Of a stretch of 64,000 nt of DNA, positions 53,430 through 64,000 are shown in pieces. The notes under the pieces are model-generated. The model searched no databases. It saw only the letters and a list, made by a program, of their open reading frames with translations, and was not told where the DNA came from. The position numbers were made by a program, and so were the translations under genes. The stretch is taken from NCBI GenBank assembly GCA_010405405.1, contig MU004232.1:7540-71539 (forward strand), written 5' to 3'. Within the stretch, counting starts at the first letter, position 1; each line of letters opens with the position of its first letter. Source of the DNA: Microthyrium microscopicum. Lineage: Eukaryota.

Positions 53430-54400
53430 TTTCACTTAGTTCGTTTTGAGTGGAAGTTGAATTAACGAGCTCTTCATTTTTCAACATGCAGTTCGGTCCA
53501 GATCTTTTTAAGGATTAAGTCTGTCATTCTCACAACGACACGCCAACTCATAGCTGGCAAGGCTGGCTAAGCGCCATGCATTGTCATGTTCACATGGACA
53601 ACAAACTTGAACAGGATTAGTTTCAATTCTCGCTCATCCATTTTTAGCGCGTTATGAAACATCGTGGACCAAGTCATTGGTGTATTTGGGCTCGAACTTT
53701 CGAACTTTTGACTACTCATCCCAGACACTGCCTGGTGTATTCGCCTCTACTTGACTTTTTCTTACCACCAGCCTATTTCGGAGCCTAGTGCAGAATACAT
53801 GATGATGGCGGAGCTAGGTGAAGATCTACTCCATGTATTCGGTTGCGATGAAAATGTTCCGTGATAGGTCACTTAAACCGAATGCCGGCGACGATCTTCC
53901 TTTTGACCAGGTATTGAACCGTCAATAACTCAGACGACCAACACTAACTGACTCGAAGTTCTTGAATAATAGATGCTCCTAGTAGTAGCACGACCATAAC
54001 CGAAATGCTGTGATGACATGTTCCTTGTCCAATATTTCAGCCTCTCTGCGTTGTTTTCTTGAGCTACCTGTTACGTAGCCGCCTTTTGTCAAGAGTACTC
54101 TGGTATAAGCGAGTGAAAGCCTTTATGACCTATCAGAGCTACCGCTACCCACAAATAAATTAAGGAAGTTGTGAAGCAGCGTATCCTCTTGCTGTAATTC
54201 TCTTTGAGTCGCCCTCAGATTCTCGGGTCATTGGAGAGTAAACGAAGTCACATTGAAAAATTCGACATCAACTGATAGCGAAGAATCTGTTTCTTGTTTT
54301 TTGTTATCATTTTGAAGCACTATTAACATGTGAGTTCCTAAGTCTACTACGCAACGATAGTCAATTTAAATCTAAATTCCACTGCGACATACTCTTTTAC

Positions 54401-56972
54401 TTAACCCTCGTGGTTTATTGTTGGCTCATAAACATTTGAATAGTATCCTAGAGCCCAAATTGGGAAGTAGTATTTGTAGTTTGGATAGCCAATCATGCTA
54501 ACCAAGAGTTATTGTTAGAATTGGAATGCGTTGAGAAATTTCATCGCCAGTTCATTGACTTACCAAGTACGATTGAATACTCCTTCGATGTCTTCTTGTA
54601 ACCACTCACCACTTTTCTGTTGTCGTGACTGGATCAACTGTGATTTCATTAGTATTGACCTGACATTCTCTGAATTATACCCACTTTTAATCCTCTTTCA
54701 ATAGCCTTTCGGTCAGGGCAACCAGCATACATCAATCCAAGAACAGCCCAAGCAGTATTCACAACTTGACTATTCGAACTGTTGATATACATGTTCTCTT
54801 CACAAGAAGAAAAGTGCTCACCCCAGCCACCATCTTCCATTTGTTTGCCCAACAACCATTTACAGCTTTTTTGGACGAATTCGCTGTTTTGATAAGTCTC
54901 GCCCACGGACTCCAATGCCTGAAGAGAGAAAAAAGTAGCATAGGTAAAGCAAATTGCCCAAGATCCATACCAACTCCCATCCCGTCGACGATCCCGCTTG
55001 ATATACTCAACTCCGTGGCGAATACTGTTGTGAACTTCCTGTCTTCGATATTGGGGAAAGTGTTTTCTGAATGTGCTCAATGCTGTTACGACAGCTGATG
55101 TGCACTCTGGGTATGAATACTCGACCATAATCCTCTCAAAGACGTCTGCCGGGTTGAAGAATTCAAGCAGTGAAGATGCGCGGGTTTTCTCATAAGTACC
55201 GAATCCGCCGTTAGGGTTTTGCATCTCGAGAAGAGAATCTACACAATCTTGCAGACGCCCATCCGATATCAGTTGAGGGAAACTATTTCATGGTCAGTCA
55301 AGTCAATGATAAACACTACTACCGAAAAGAAACACTAACCCAGAGCTTTGCAGTATCAAGACGGCTTTCAAGGATTCTGCTGAACAATCTGAAACAATGT
55401 AACCATTGGACTTGGTACTGAAAGGCCAGCCTCCCTTTCTTATCTGGCGATATGGATCTTCCAGATCTTCTGTGATTTGAGATATGTCAAGGTATCCAAG
55501 GGCATTTTCCAAGCTGGCTCGAAACTCGACTTTCTGATGTAGTCCACCAGCTGCAATCGCCTGAATGCAAAAGGCAGTGTCCCATACTTGTACTCCATTA
55601 GTACCACTACAAGTCATTCCGTCTTTATCCATCCACAGATACGAGCCTAGATGTTGTCGATGCTGATTTAGTTCCACGCTGTCAATGCCTTCCAGGTATC
55701 TTAGGCAAACCATGTGTAGGGCTTTGTTGACAGGAGCGATGCAGTTGTAATCAGTATTTTGATCTTCTCGTTTAATCAGCTCCGTGACTTTCCTATTGGC
55801 GTTTTGCACCAGCCTATGCCTTGTTAATACAGACCACAGTGGCATCAACGTGATGAGATCTATCAGAGCAGTCACTCACCGGTGTGGACGTAGGTATAGT
55901 ACCCAGACCCAAAGTATCTGATTGAAAAGCCAAAGTAACCACGACGGTCTTCTTTTGCAATCACGGCGAGACACATTGTCTCTGTTTCGGGAGAAAATAA
56001 TGGTGTTATAGGGTTCCAAATAAATTTCCGATCGTAAAGCTTTCATCAACGGATCTAGAGGTATTGACTGGCGATTCGTCCAGAGGTAAGATATTGGCAG
56101 GTACACAACTCGGCATTGGACCCAGTATCGCCATGGATGGAATGGAATCCAATCTGGAAGAAGCCTAAACCCAATTATTATCTTGCTTTGGGGATATACT
56201 CCCTGTTCAACTTGAAATTCACACTGTTATCTTACCACATTTCGACAGGTACTGGGTTTATACCAGACCAGTCGTACAAGTTCAGGCAAGCAAGCCATGT
56301 CTTGCCCCATTGTGGTATTCCTAGCGCTCCACCTAATGTGAGGTAAGTGTTTGATACATCATGGTAGTTCCTTACTTGGTAGTTCTTCACTGACCAAAAG
56401 ATCTGATACACGACCTAGCATTTCTGGTCAGAGGATGATCGATATCACAGCCCAGAATTCGAAGCGAGACATAGTATAGGACGGTAGCAAAGACTGTGGA
56501 ATCACCAGCGTCATGAAGTCCCCAACCACCGTCAATATTTACAGTGTGAGCAAGATATCGAATCATCTCGATTCTCCACTCATCAGGTATTGGCGACTCC
56601 GTAATGTACATTGCGAATATGATTCCTGGAAGTAAGAAACTTGGGCCTCCGTAAGCACATGCCCAGTGCCCATCATCGAGCTGCATTCGTTCAAAGTATT
56701 GGTAGCCATTTTGAGCAGATTGGAGAAAGGTTGCTGCAGGTGTCAAGGCGACATTTCCCTTTGTGGAGTAAGTATGGATCTTTTCTAAAACAAGATTGTC
56801 GGCTTACGACGGGAAGTCCCAAGAAAGACTTTTCGGCAAAGGATTGAGGGCTATTCTGCTTGTCATCTTGTGACAAATATGTCCACCAGTGCTCTCCCCC
56901 TACACTCTTCAATCGCCATCTGGTTAGATCAGTAGACTCAGGGGTATCTTCTAATAAAGAAGTACCTGCCAT
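54401..56972 (-). CDS. 2,3-oxidosqualene cyclase (lanosterol-synthase family), non-canonical paralog, multi-exon
   Basis: [92 protein letters not shown]. Confidence 0.92.
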
Positions 56973-58958
56973 GCTCGAGTCTAGGGAAGTGACACTTTTA
57001 GACTTGAGATTGGTTGAAAATGATGCAGGTTGCTGACTGAGATGTTCAAGATGAGAACAGACCGCGGCAAGGGGGTGATACAAATTACTTGATCCTGCGA
57101 AAGGATTCTGTAAATGGCTACCTAAATTCTAAAAGCCCTGGAATCCCAGCCTTCTAGAACGAATATGCTGTTGAAACGTCCAAAGCACACCGATCTAGCG
57201 TGATGGTATTTTTTGAGTGAAGCTGACTCTCTTCAAGAGAGAATTCGGACAATAGCATAAAGTGTTGTAGTATTTAAAGCACCTGAAGAAACAGTAGCAC
57301 GTCCATACAATCGCATGCATTCTAGATACCAGATACCTACCTCCCGAATAAGCTCTTAATGCAGCTGTTTATCCACCAGCAGTAACATTCTCTATAGTAG
57401 TATTGCTCTCTGTCTCCGATTCCTTTGCGAAGAAAGCAAAACTACATCTGCATGCCGGGTATTTGTCTACATAAACGTTGCCTCTATAGGGTCGAGTGTC
57501 TGGTCTGTTAGCCAGTACTGAAAGAAGATTGGGGGTGCCTGTGGTTTGAATCGAGTAATATAGTACACAGAGATAATGATTGCAACCGGGATATGGCACT
57601 TTCTGTTGCTCCATGATATCTTCAAACCGTCGAATACCTTTGCTGCTGATATAACAATTTTAAATCTGGAAAGCAACGGCACACACAAGTTCGAGGTTTG
57701 GCCATTTTATCTACCTAGGTACCTAACCAAAGTACACATATCTCGCTTTGTCTGGTTAACATTGAATAACAAATCGTTTATTCTTTTGTCTGATTTATCA
57801 GATGAGAAAGATTTCGATTTTCCTTTGTCCTTTTATCCTTGTTCGCTCGTTTGTGACATTGTAGGTCTGGACAATGCTTTCAATGGTGTTTTAACTCCCT
57901 CGCCCATGACTCGGGTTTCATGGTAACGTCCATCTCCTCAGGACACAGATAAGCTTCTACAACTCACTGATCTTCATTCCATTCCCTTCACATTTGCGAT
58001 TTTTTATCACTGAAGAAAGATCTCCACATCAATAGCTTTCTACCACGCATCGACCTACTGTGCTGGAACAAAGTGCATGTACTGCGATGAATGAACATTT
58101 TACTCTTTGTTTGGTCAGTTGTGTCACTGCGGCCCGCTTGTTTGTTTCATAGGTTGTTCTTCAATGTATGAGGGCTATGTACTGTACTTGGAATCATCTT
58201 CAAGGTGGAGGTCATTTTAAGACGATGAGACCGAGAGCCTTGATGATTAGCTTTTTTTATTAGAGGGATATCAAAGCTACCTTACTAAACACCATTTGAA
58301 TCGATTGCCCGGAGGTCATATTGAATTATTACTTCGCTATGAGAGTTTCTGTAAGAGGAGATGTCTACAGTGACATGACAGAATGTATCACTAAACTCAC
58401 TATGAAAAGTACCTAATTTAATGCTGTTGTCTCCACCTCTCGGCTTGTAAACAAGCTTAAGGTCGTTTCTTGAGCACTTCTCGTTTCCATCGAGCATGCA
58501 TTTGCATGTATACGTAAACTCTGGATACATTCGCTTTCTTGTGTAGCGGATAGTGCATAGAAACGGCCTGCATCGATGAGAAAGTACATCGAAAACTGCA
58601 GCTACAGCACAGGAGAACATCTAAAAGATTAAGTTGAATAAAAACCCCACAAGAGAGCCATGGAATCTGAAGCCTCATCTCCTGCGGATTTTCTAACAAC
58701 AGCTGTTTGTGAAGAGTCCCATTGTATACGCAGCCAACCCCAGTGTCTGTGCCGTGCATCACTTCTGACGATGTTTCGTGCAGCAACCTAGTACCAAACT
58801 GCTTGTTGAAAAACTACATTTATTGCCCTCCTGCCACTTGTTTGTATTGTTTCTCGATCATCAAATTCAATAATCTTTTCTCTGATCCTGTCATTTGTTC
58901 TACCTGTATTGTTTGTGGTACTTCTCCTTAGCTCCACCTCTCTCCACATCCGACCAAA

Positions 58959-59544
58959 ATGATTCTCTCGCGGCTACTCTCATTTGTCTTTCGAGGCTTG
59001 GAGTTTGTATGCGCCATTGTGGGTTTTTTTCTCCTTACCTTTCTAGCAACGCAATTAATTGTTCTATCCAGATCATTCTAGGCCTTGGCGGCCATTTTAT
59101 CTGGCGAATGAACCGCGACGGTCCAGGTCCTCGAGGCCGTCTAATTTACACTGAAGTTGTAGCGACATTTGCAGCATTGCTCAGTTTAATCTGGCTTGTG
59201 CCATTCACCTGGACATTCTTACACTACCCCATGGATATCATCCTAAGTCTCGCCTTCTTCGCCTCCTTTGGCGCTCTATTCGACTGGATCCATATCAATG
59301 GACTAAATTGCAGCGGTATCTTCGGTGTCTGGAACTGGGATGGAAACTCTCATAACAACTACTGTGCGGAGTGGAAAACACTTGAAGCTTTCACCTTTAT
59401 GAGTGGTGTCTTTTGGCTGATTAGCGCCTTCTTGGTAAGACTGGTCGGGAATTTGGTATATGGTTTACTAATATGGTACAGAGCATTCATGTGTTCCATA
59501 GAGTCCGTGGCCGAAATAGTCCCAAGGCAATTACTGCCGCATAA
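58959..59544 (+). CDS. MARVEL-like four-TM membrane protein (3 exons)
   Basis: MILSRLLSFVFRGLEFVCAI/IILGLGGHF...RLIYTEVVA...DIILSLAFFASFG...CAEWKTLEAFTFMS; GT-AG introns. Confidence 0.8.
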
Positions 59545-60055
59545 TTGACAAGCGAGATATTGAGATGTTGGGACTGTTGTGTGGTAATGGTTGCTTATGT
59601 GTGATTATGCTAGGTATGAGTCAAGTTTTAATGTAAATAGTAGTCTCAATGATGCTTGCTCTTTTCCATCACCTTCCAAGGTTTGATCTGAGTGAAATAT
59701 TAGCCTGCATGTGCTTCTCAGCCTTGCGCTCAGCCTTATTCTTATCTAACTGCTCAAAGCCAATCGGACTTAATCTTCATGTTGTTCCCGGGAGGGGTTG
59801 TTTGCAGCTCCCATACCTCTTACAGTACTCTACTCCCACGCTCCTTCTATCCATCAATGGCGATACCTCTACCATCCTCCCTATTCTACTACATTTGACT
59901 ACTAGTAGGTTTCTTGAATCTTTTCTGGCAATTAGAAAGCTTCTCATACTTGGTAGAGTTTGTGTCTGATGTTTGTGTAGGCTTTTGTCACTCTTCCAGA
60001 GCACCTAGAGGCTGAGACACTACGTCGGCTGTCCACTGCTTGCTTCAGGCCAGAT

Positions 60056-60075
60056 GACTGACTGACTGACTGACT
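60056..60075. repeat. (GACT)5 microsatellite
   Basis: gactgactgactgactgact. Confidence 0.85.
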
Positions 60076-60215
60076 CCCTGCGCCTTGACTGATATTGCTG
60101 GACTTTCTACCAATATCCTCTTGGCCTATCTGTAATTCTACTTGTTCCAATATCCCTCTGCTATTTCTCAAGACAACACGCCCCAAATCATGTACGAGCT
60201 CAATCCAACTTCATC

Positions 60216-61904
60216 ATGACAGATCCACCAGTCTATACCATAGCTCAGGGAGATTCCCTTGGGCCCTTTTGTATACCACCCTCTCCTCACCACCAAAGAA
60301 TATCTACTAACACATCCATAGATCTCGGCGCATCCATCCACGACATTCTCGCCCGCATCAAATCCCTCCCTCTAATCTACCCCAACATCCAAATCTCCTA
60401 CTCCCAAACCCATCCTCTTCTCGCCCCAATCACAGTCCTTCTCCCCGCAAACGGCGTCCGTCTACGCTTCGACGGTCACGACCAGCGCCTCCGCCTGATC
60501 GAAGTTCTCGACTTTTCCAAATCCCAACTAATCTACAAAAACCAAAAAGTCCGCTACGGCGACATCTATAACACTCAAGGTGTCAAAGAGCCTCCCGCAA
60601 AACACGGGCCTGACTTCAAAAGTGCCTACAAGATCTTTGGGCCCACAACGCCAGGCGAATACATACCTCCAGGGAAGGGAACGAGAACAGATACGGGGAC
60701 ATATGTGCTGAGTTATCCGGGGCTGGCATGGAGCTTTCCGTTGAAGGAGAGTGTCTGGAATGCGGATCTCACATGGGCTGGCGCGGTGAGCGTACTATCC
60801 AGTACTGCGACGAAGCCTGCACTAGCGCTCAGTCTGTTCGTTGGAGAATCATGGGAGTTGGCTAGGACGGGATTGTTTGATGTTGAGATGTTTGGGCACC
60901 TAAGATCGCCCTTGCCACAAGGTGTTAAGCGCGAGACGGTAGCGAGGGAGATTGAGCGTGCAAAGGTCCATGAGCGCGGACGTATCGAACTGCAAAGACA
61001 CGATGCGCCGAGCTTCTGGATTATTTTGGGTGAAACGACTCCACAGGATTTGCTGACGGAGCTGGGCCCGCCCGATAGTATCAAGAAGAAGAGTGAGGAT
61101 GGGCTGGGAATTCATCGACATCGCAAGTATAGCTCGGCTGGTAATTCCAGAAGAGGGAGCTCGAACGTCGACATGACGCCGCCAGATCACCAGAGTAGAA
61201 TGCCTTATGATTCCGGAGCTAGTAGCCAGGCTGAAGAGAGCGAACTATCTGAGGATGAGGAGGTGATTGATGACAAGAACCAAAACGCTGAGCAGGTGTT
61301 TTACAATTATTATTCACACGGCTTTGACATCCTAATATCGAACCCCACGTCTTCCCCATCTTTCTCGGCGAACACAAACAGCAATGGAGGCTCCAGAGCC
61401 GCATCACCCTACGCCAACCAAACCACCGAAAAGCGCGAGCCCGTATTACCAAAATCTCATCTCGTCGCCACAAAGATACTCATTCACGGCAACGTACCAG
61501 GAACTTGGTCCTTCAACAAACATCGCCGTCTCCGCTGGACTCTCGACCTCTCTCCACCCTCGGAGGACGAATATGATCCCATCACGAGCGAGAGTCCATT
61601 CCGCGACATCCAAGACCGCCTTCACGAAGTCTTCCACAATAGCTACCAGACCGATGAGGAGGAACGCGCAGCCGGCCGTCCCATGGCCATCAATCGTGCA
61701 TTTGCACGCGAAGAGCTCAGCGCGGGCGGCGAATATGGCGTGATTGGTAGCTGGGAGGATGGCGGGACGAGTAGCGTGAGACGAGATGGTGATGATGGAA
61801 AAGGCGAGAGCGAGAAGATGGGTGGTGCGGAGCTTTATGGATGGCCTGGATTGGTCTTTGAGGTGTTGAAGAATGGTGCTGTGAGCTGCTTGATGGTTTA
61901 CTGA
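60216..61904 (+). CDS. UPF0183 / PHAF1-family protein
   Basis: LGASIHDIL, NGVRLRFDGHDQRLRLIEV, FGPTTPGEY, YVLSYPG, TTPQDLLTELGPP, FYNYYSHGFDIL, LYGWPGLVFEVLKNG. Confidence 0.85.
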   Translation: MTDPPVYTIAQGDSLGPFCIPPSPHHQRISTNTSIDLGASIHDILARIKSLPLIYPNIQISYSQTHPLLAPITVLLPANGVRLRFDGHDQRLRLIEVLDFSKSQLIYKNQKVRYGDIYNTQGVKEPPAKHGPDFKSAYKIFGPTTPGEYIPPGKGTRTDTGTYVLSYPGLAWSFPLKESVWNADLTWAGAVSVLSSTATKPALALSLFVGESWELARTGLFDVEMFGHLRSPLPQGVKRETVAREIERAKVHERGRIELQRHDAPSFWIILGETTPQDLLTELGPPDSIKKKSEDGLGIHRHRKYSSAGNSRRGSSNVDMTPPDHQSRMPYDSGASSQAEESELSEDEEVIDDKNQNAEQVFYNYYSHGFDILISNPTSSPSFSANTNSNGGSRAASPYANQTTEKREPVLPKSHLVATKILIHGNVPGTWSFNKHRRLRWTLDLSPPSEDEYDPITSESPFRDIQDRLHEVFHNSYQTDEEERAAGRPMAINRAFAREELSAGGEYGVIGSWEDGGTSSVRRDGDDGKGESEKMGGAELYGWPGLVFEVLKNGAVSCLMVY

Positions 61905-62000
61905 TGGGGACTGTTGCATTCAGTTGATTGACCTCATTCTTGTTTTCGACGCGTAGAATCTGTTGTTGAAGCAATGGATACCCGCATTTCATCCTCATCT

Positions 62001-62662
62001 TCATCCTCCTTTCATACTCCCCAAACTAGCTTCCCTTAACGCAGCGACTCCCGAATGGCTCGCGGGTCCAACCCTCTTCAATTCTCTTGCGCCTTCAGCA
62101 ACACCATCAACAAGTTCCCCGGCTTCATGTCGTCTAACTTTCTCTTTCGCAATCTTCAGCTCCTCTTTGATCTTCTGTACTTTATCCCCCGTCGCCACAC
62201 TAAGGAGTCGTTTCAACATAGCTACCCTCTTCTCCGGAAATGATTGTATGCGCGTTGGGTTAACGAAAAAGCGTTGTTGGTCAAGATATCGACCGAACAT
62301 GAGATATTCGTTGGTTCCGCTCTTGATTAGCCATGCGCGTCGTTGGGAGTCGTACTCGCGTTTATTGCGTTCGAACTCGGTGCGGGCGTGGCGGTATGTG
62401 TCGTCGCGGACGGAAGAGGGTGGTGCTCCTGATTATATATATTAGCATGCAAAGGAACGGTACAGAATAGTCGTGTATGGAAGGGTTTCGCATGACGGGT
62501 AGTGGGTGGCGTACTGTAGATGGTTCGTATGATTTTACGGTACAGGGAGAGGGCGTTGGCGCGGAGCTCTTCTTGTGTGTATTCGCCGTTGCCTTGAAGC
62601 CGTCGGAGGACTTGGAAGGCTGAAACCTTTTTGCCCATGTGGGCGGGAAGTTTTGTTGCCAT
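62001..62662 (-). CDS. Mitochondrial LYR-motif protein, LYRM2-like, with C-terminal extension (2 exons)
   Basis: ALSLYRKIIR...ARTEFERNK...LIKSG after splicing the GT-AG intron ~62429-62514. Confidence 0.7.
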
Positions 62663-62948
62663 GTTGGCGGATTGATTGCTGTTGCTGTTGCTGTGCAGTG
62701 AAGCATGAATTTCCAATGTCGATGATCCGAAAAGTTGTATGATTGCGGACATAGTCGGACATAAGGACGTTCAGAATCGATCCCTGCAAGTTTGGACATT
62801 TAGGGCTAGGGTTTTAGTGCGATTTTCTCGCGTCTGCCGTCTGCTAACAGCCAACATCTAAAAGCCAGACAGCTTCCAAGCTGTAACGAACAACCACTAA
62901 ACTCCCTCTTCTACCCGTACATACTCACACCACAAGTCAAACCTTCCA

Positions 62949-63866
62949 ATGCCTACAGAAACTCGCGCCGCCAAGCGCAGCAAGACCTCCAATGCTCCAG
63001 CCCAAGCGTCTGTTGGTCCTGGCGATCTTCAAACGCGTCTTCGAGAGCTCAATACATTGTCAACAACCGAGTTTCAACAAGAGCATATCCCTAAACATCT
63101 CTTGACCTACAACTCCACCAAACTCCCAAGCGGCTCCATCACTCTTGAATACTGCTCCGCCTCCGAACTAAGCAAACAAGACCTGGACAAATGCTTCCAA
63201 TTACTAGTCCAAACCAGCCGCGAAGACTATGAAGATAGCTCGCGCGGATGGCATCCAGAGCACAAGCGCGCCGAGATGCTAGACATGAACATGCGCTACT
63301 TGATCGTCCGATCTTCCCCTTCCAAGCAACAACAACAACAACAACAACAGACTCCTATGACTGCTTCAACGCCGATTGCTGCCTCACGCGTCTCGCAAGT
63401 CGATGGCTCACACACAACTACCTCAACACCAGCCTCGACATCCTCCCGCACATCCACAGACACCATAACCACCACTAATCCCGCCCTAGACACCTTCGGC
63501 TTCCTCTCATTCCAACTAGACGATGACTGGACGCTGTCTGGCTACCGGGTGCCTATACTCTATCTCTACGAGATCCACCTTGGCCGCAGTCTGCGTGGAA
63601 CAGGTCTTGGAAAATACTTGATGAACCTCGCAAGGCACATCGCCGCCGCCACCAGCATGGCCAAAGTCGAACTCAGCGTCTTTCGATCCAACATGCACGC
63701 CGAGGACTTCTACCGTGGCCTAGGATATGTGACGGACGAGACGAGTCCACGAATGGTGAAGAAGGGCCGGAAGAGAATGAAGCCGGATTGGTTGGTTCTT
63801 AGCTTGCCCATCAAAACCGAGCCGAGCAGTGAAGAATCTGATGACGAAGGCCCTGGTCCAGCTTGA
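62949..63866 (+). CDS. NAT4: N-alpha-acetyltransferase 40 (NatD, GNAT fold)
   Basis: TSREDYEDSSRGW..K..EM...MRYL, LYLYEIHL..RGTGLGKYLM, KVELSVFRSN..A..FY..LGY..DETSP. Confidence 0.85.
   Translation: MPTETRAAKRSKTSNAPAQASVGPGDLQTRLRELNTLSTTEFQQEHIPKHLLTYNSTKLPSGSITLEYCSASELSKQDLDKCFQLLVQTSREDYEDSSRGWHPEHKRAEMLDMNMRYLIVRSSPSKQQQQQQQQTPMTASTPIAASRVSQVDGSHTTTSTPASTSSRTSTDTITTTNPALDTFGFLSFQLDDDWTLSGYRVPILYLYEIHLGRSLRGTGLGKYLMNLARHIAAATSMAKVELSVFRSNMHAEDFYRGLGYVTDETSPRMVKKGRKRMKPDWLVLSLPIKTEPSSEESDDEGPGPA
63327..63350 (+). repeat. (CAA)n microsatellite encoding poly-Gln in NAT4
   Basis: caacaacaacaacaacaacaacag. Confidence 0.9.
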
Positions 63867-64000
63867 ATTTGTTGGACTTTCGGCCAGCTTGAATGTGTTG
63901 GATATTATTCTGTTCGTTCTTCTACGCATTATACCCCATAGTTTCGCCATACATAGGCCAAATTCAATTATTCGTTGGTGTTATATCTGTCTCGCTTCCT

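Noticed and set aside
59649..60186. Small ORFs upstream of UPF0183
   Set aside because: No family signal or convincing gene structure

Overview
Fungal (ascomycete, Pezizomycotina-type) genomic window with two compartments. Bases 1 to ~31970 are extremely AT-rich, TpA-saturated DNA typical of repeat-induced point mutation (RIP). Reading it through the C>T/G>A filter recovers a short LTR-bounded element (1-3881) and a 23.1-kb LTR/Gypsy element (8958-32068, 242-bp LTRs, GGGT(T) target duplication). The Gypsy is split by a 7-kb antisense Tad-like LINE (10-bp TSD). Without the LINE it is still ~16 kb and carries long unexplained coding relics. Bases ~32.1-59.6 kb are an accessory-looking gene block: PQ-loop protein, DUF3505 relic, PTH11-like receptor, MFS pseudogene, PsiD-like decarboxylase, secreted IgE-binding-like protein, HeLo-like/ankyrin protein, DUR3, an intronless divergent kinesin-14, carboxylesterase, a variant oxidosqualene cyclase and a MARVEL-like protein. 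From ~60.2 kb there are tightly packed, GC-richer conserved genes (UPF0183, LYRM2-like, NAT4). All calls were made by eye; exon boundaries and the limits of RIP relics are approximate.
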